DNA from: an uncultured Eubacterium sp.
Lineage (GTDB): Bacteria > Bacillota > Clostridia > Peptostreptococcales > Anaerovoracaceae
NCBI GenBank assembly: GCA_900551775.1
Contig: URXI01000001.1
Span: 1-51,895, forward strand
Reading direction: 5' to 3'
DNA: 51,895 nucleotides
Positions 48,779 to 51,895 of this stretch are shown in pieces (position 1 is the stretch's first letter; each line of letters starts with the position of its first letter). Made by a program: the position numbers and the translations under genes. The notes beneath the pieces are model-generated. The model worked only from the letters and a program-made list of their open reading frames with translations. It had not been told where the DNA came from and searched no databases.

Positions 48779-49759
48779 CTAAGCCTCTAAGGGGTTAACC
48801 TCTCCAGCTTCAAAAGCTCTCACGGACTCGAACACGCATCTGCACATGTCGGAAACTGCTTCATCTGTATAGAATGCAGTATGCGGCGAGAGGATGACGT
48901 TCGGAAAACTTTTCAGAATGGCCATCTGCCTGTTAGAAATGACCTCTCCCGATCGGTTGAGGAAATAAAGACCGGCTTCATCTTCCAGCACATCCAGCGC
49001 CGCACCGCCTACTTTGCCGGACTCAATTCCCTCGATCAATGCATCACTGTCCACCAAAGTCCCTCTGGCTGCATTGATAATCATACACCCGTCTTTCATG
49101 GTTTTGATCGCTTCGCGGTCGATCAAATGATAATTTTCTTTTGTTGCCGGCGTGTGAAGGGTGACGATGTCTGACTGCGCAAACAGTTCTTCTAATGACA
49201 CATATTCCGCCCTCTCTGACACCTCCGGATTTTGATAGAGATCGTAAGCCAGCATCTTGCAGCCAAAACCGGTAAGATGGTCGATTACGGTCTTGCCGAT
49301 TCTGCCGGTGCCGATGATACCCACTGTACAGCCTGACAGCTCTCTGCCCATTTTGTTCTTAAAAGAATAGTCCTGCAGTTCAGCTCTTTTCATAATGTGG
49401 GCAAATCTTCTGCAGACCATGAGCATCAACATAATGGTGTAATTTGCTACGCTGTCAGGAGAATACTGTGAATGGCCGACACGAATACCCAGTTCTCTGC
49501 ACTTTTGCAGATTGATGTGATCTGTACCGATGCTTCTGGTCAGGATATATCTGACACCGTTATCGGCAAAGGCCGCAAGCATCTCGTCCGTACATTCTGA
49601 CGCGAGAATAGAAACTGCTTCATGGCCTCTGACCATGGGAATGTTCTCCACTGTCTGATAGTCGTCATAACCCGTATAGTCAAATCCATATTCCTGTGTC
49701 AGTTGATCAAAGAAAAACTTCTCGTCATACTCTCTCAAATTATAAATAAATATTTTCAC
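48779..49759 (-). CDS. D-isomer 2-hydroxyacid dehydrogenase (D-LDH/VanH-like)
   Basis: YSPDSVA, GIIGTGRIG, INAARG, LDVLEDE and SPHTAFYT motifs. Confidence 0.93.
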   Translation of the reverse strand: MKIFIYNLREYDEKFFFDQLTQEYGFDYTGYDDYQTVENIPMVRGHEAVSILASECTDEMLAAFADNGVRYILTRSIGTDHINLQKCRELGIRVGHSQYSPDSVANYTIMLMLMVCRRFAHIMKRAELQDYSFKNKMGRELSGCTVGIIGTGRIGKTVIDHLTGFGCKMLAYDLYQNPEVSERAEYVSLEELFAQSDIVTLHTPATKENYHLIDREAIKTMKDGCMIINAARGTLVDSDALIEGIESGKVGGAALDVLEDEAGLYFLNRSGEVISNRQMAILKSFPNVILSPHTAFYTDEAVSDMCRCVFESVRAFEAGEVNPLEA

Positions 49760-49771
49760 TCCAATCCACCT

Positions 49772-50932
49772 CTATTTCTCGCCAAACATGCGCTTTAATC
49801 GAGTAATCCCCTCTCGTATTGTCTCTTCACTGGAAGCGTAGGAAAAACGCAGATAGCCTTCCCCGCTGTCGCCGAAAGCGCTGCCCGGTGTTGTGAGCAC
49901 CTGCACTTGATCAAGAATCTTGACAGCCAGATCCTGAGATAAAATCCCAAAAGACTTCACATTTGGGAAAACGTAGAAGGCACCTCCCGGATTGATGCAG
50001 GAAAACCCCTGTACCTGGTTCAGACCTTCAACCAGGATATCCCGCCGTCTTTCATACTGACTGCACATCTTCTCCACAGTCTCCTGAGAACCTGTAATCG
50101 CCTCGCAGGCTGCTATCTGGCAGGCTGCTGTCACGCTGGAGCCCATGCTCTCCTGAAGCAGGGGCATCTGCTCTCTCACCTCCACAGGTGCCGCCACATA
50201 ACCGATCCGCCAGCCAGTCATGGCATAGGACTTCGAGAAGCTGTTTATGGTGATGACCAAATCTTTCATCTCCGGAATAGATCCGATGCTGAAATTCTTT
50301 TGTCCGTCGTAAATAATGGCTTCATATGGTTCATCAGAAATGACGATCAAATTGTGTTCTACTGCAACGGCAGCAATCTGCCGTATATCCGCCTCTGTCA
50401 ATACCGCGCCCGTAGGATTACACGGCGAATTCAGAATGATCGCCTTTGTCCTAGTCGTAATCTTTGATTTGATCTCTTCTGCTGTCACCCGGAATCCATT
50501 CTCTTCACAGGTGGGTACGATGACTGAAGTGCCGCCAGCCATGTGAATATATCCAAAGTAGTTTGGAAAGCACGGTGTAGGCACGATCACTTCGTCTCCT
50601 GGTTCCAGAATGGTCTCCATGGTCAGAAGGAGGGCCTGGCCTGCGCCGAAGGTGATGTGCAGGTTTTCTTCTGTCACATACTCCATCCCATTATATTTTC
50701 TCATCTTCTCTGCCAAAGCACTGAGAAGGGGCGCGATACCCTGGTTAGCGACATATTTTGTCCATCCCTCATCCAGTGCATTGCGGCCGGCATTGATGAT
50801 ATTTTGCGGCGTCGGAAAATCTGGTTCTCCTAGGCCAAAGCTCAAAACATTGTCATACTTTGCAGCCAGAACTGTCATGGCCCTGATGCCGGAAGTCGGC
50901 ATTGTCAGAGCACTTTTACTCATTTGCATCAT
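49772..50932 (-). CDS. PLP-dependent aminotransferase class I/II (start ATG 50932 after AAGGAG)
   Basis: GEPDFPTP, NSPCNPTG, SDEPY, SFSKSYAMTGWRIGY and GYLRFSYA motifs. Confidence 0.93.
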   Translation of the reverse strand: MMQMSKSALTMPTSGIRAMTVLAAKYDNVLSFGLGEPDFPTPQNIINAGRNALDEGWTKYVANQGIAPLLSALAEKMRKYNGMEYVTEENLHITFGAGQALLLTMETILEPGDEVIVPTPCFPNYFGYIHMAGGTSVIVPTCEENGFRVTAEEIKSKITTRTKAIILNSPCNPTGAVLTEADIRQIAAVAVEHNLIVISDEPYEAIIYDGQKNFSIGSIPEMKDLVITINSFSKSYAMTGWRIGYVAAPVEVREQMPLLQESMGSSVTAACQIAACEAITGSQETVEKMCSQYERRRDILVEGLNQVQGFSCINPGGAFYVFPNVKSFGILSQDLAVKILDQVQVLTTPGSAFGDSGEGYLRFSYASSEETIREGITRLKRMFGEK

Positions 50933-50993
50933 TTTTATGTTCTCCTTTTGAAACGCAGAGCTGCTAGTCGGCAGCCCTGCTCCATTGATTCTG

Positions 50994-51895
50994 CTATTTT
51001 TCCTTTGGTAAAAAGTTAGGATCACTTGGCAGTTCTCCTGACAGATATCTGTCACGGATGCTCCGCCAGGTTTCTGTGCCAGGCCAGTTGAACTTGTCCG
51101 GATCAAAGATCGGATCCTTCCCTGCTTTTTTCTGTTCTTCAAAGTCCAGAAGCAGCTTTCTGGCTATCGGCAGACAAGTGATCAGGAAAATCATATTGCC
51201 CCAGGTGATCAGGCCGATCCCCACATCACCAAAAGCCCATGCAGTCGTACTCTCAATGACACCTGCGTATACGACAAATGCCAGAAACAAGATTCTAAGC
51301 CCCATGGTCGCCCACTTTGGCGTAGTGCCTTTGAAGAAGAAAGTCAAAGTAGATTCGCAGTTGTACATCTGGTTCATGCAGGTAGTGAATGCAAAGAACA
51401 CGAGAGCGATGGAAATGAATCCAGGCCCCCAGGAGAACACCGTGCCAATGGCTGCCTGAACCCATGGAGCGCCAGGATCTGCGTTTTCACCGAGGATGCT
51501 TGACTGAATCAAGTATTCGCCGGATTCACCCACACAGTTGAATACATTGGTCAGAATCATGATGATACCTGTTGCAGTGCAGACAAACAGGGTGTCGATG
51601 TATACGGAAAACGCCTGAACCAAGCCCTGCTTAGCGGGATGTGATACTTCCGCCGCGCCGGCAGACGGCGTTGCTGTGGACATGCCTGTTTCAGAGGAAT
51701 AGACGGCCCTCTTTGTTCCCCAGATGACCGCGCTGCCCAGTGCCCCGCCAAAGACAGATCCCGGTGTGAAAGCGGATTTGAAAACCAGTCCGAAAGCCGC
51801 TGGTACACTGGTAATGTTCAGTGCCAGAATAATCAGCGCAACGATGATGTATGCTGCTGCCATGACAGGCACGACGATTTCGGCAAAACGTCCGA
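50994..51895 (-). CDS. Alanine/glycine:cation symporter family protein (5' end outside window)
   Basis: WGTKRAVYSSETGM, SHPAKQGLVQAFSVYIDTLFVCTAT and FFAFTT motifs. Confidence 0.92.
   Translation of the reverse strand, partial: GRFAEIVVPVMAAAYIIVALIILALNITSVPAAFGLVFKSAFTPGSVFGGALGSAVIWGTKRAVYSSETGMSTATPSAGAAEVSHPAKQGLVQAFSVYIDTLFVCTATGIIMILTNVFNCVGESGEYLIQSSILGENADPGAPWVQAAIGTVFSWGPGFISIALVFFAFTTCMNQMYNCESTLTFFFKGTTPKWATMGLRILFLAFVVYAGVIESTTAWAFGDVGIGLITWGNMIFLITCLPIARKLLLDFEEQKKAGKDPIFDPDKFNWPGTETWRSIRDRYLSGELPSDPNFLPKEK

Noticed and set aside
48779..49759. vanH vancomycin-resistance call
   Set aside because: No vanA/B ligase, vanX or vanRS adjacent; context is amino acid metabolism

Overview
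Mostly chromosomal housekeeping DNA of a low-GC, spore-forming Clostridia-class Firmicute (inferred from codY, yunB, tepA, ymxH and an ispH-rpsA fusion). In order: truncated tRNA-Val; yigZ, hflX, yunB, codY, hslU, hslV, topA, dprA, yifB/comM and yraN; Cof-HAD and MBL hydrolases; trkA-trkH-trkH; CBS and PadR genes; rnr; TPR-SUFU and DUF4253 genes; brnQ; ispH/rpsA; rarA; a SPOR protein; a Tad/Flp pilus locus; tepA and ymxH; an FMN riboswitch with ribD-E-BA-H; an AAA-DUF4143 ATPase; an acyl-CoA ligase; a pentapeptide-repeat protein; an XRE regulator; a BtuFCD/FecBCDE-type importer; a decayed ABC-2 exporter; and a symporter-aminotransferase-D-2-hydroxyacid dehydrogenase cluster. No CRISPR array, integrase or transposase was seen. 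The most unusual signal is the intergenic region at about 12140-12430. It is a ~91-bp tandem unit with three stems showing 10 fully compensatory base-pair changes between copies and conserved single-stranded linkers and loops. On the minus strand it can fold into a two-fold pseudo-symmetric four-way junction upstream of the MBL/HAD hydrolase genes, making it a candidate undescribed structured RNA or riboswitch. Also notable: a Tad minor pilin with tandem Zn-binding-like repeats, two small ORFs missing from the ORF track, and a double-terminator FMN expression platform. All calls come from reading the sequence by eye; no searches were run.
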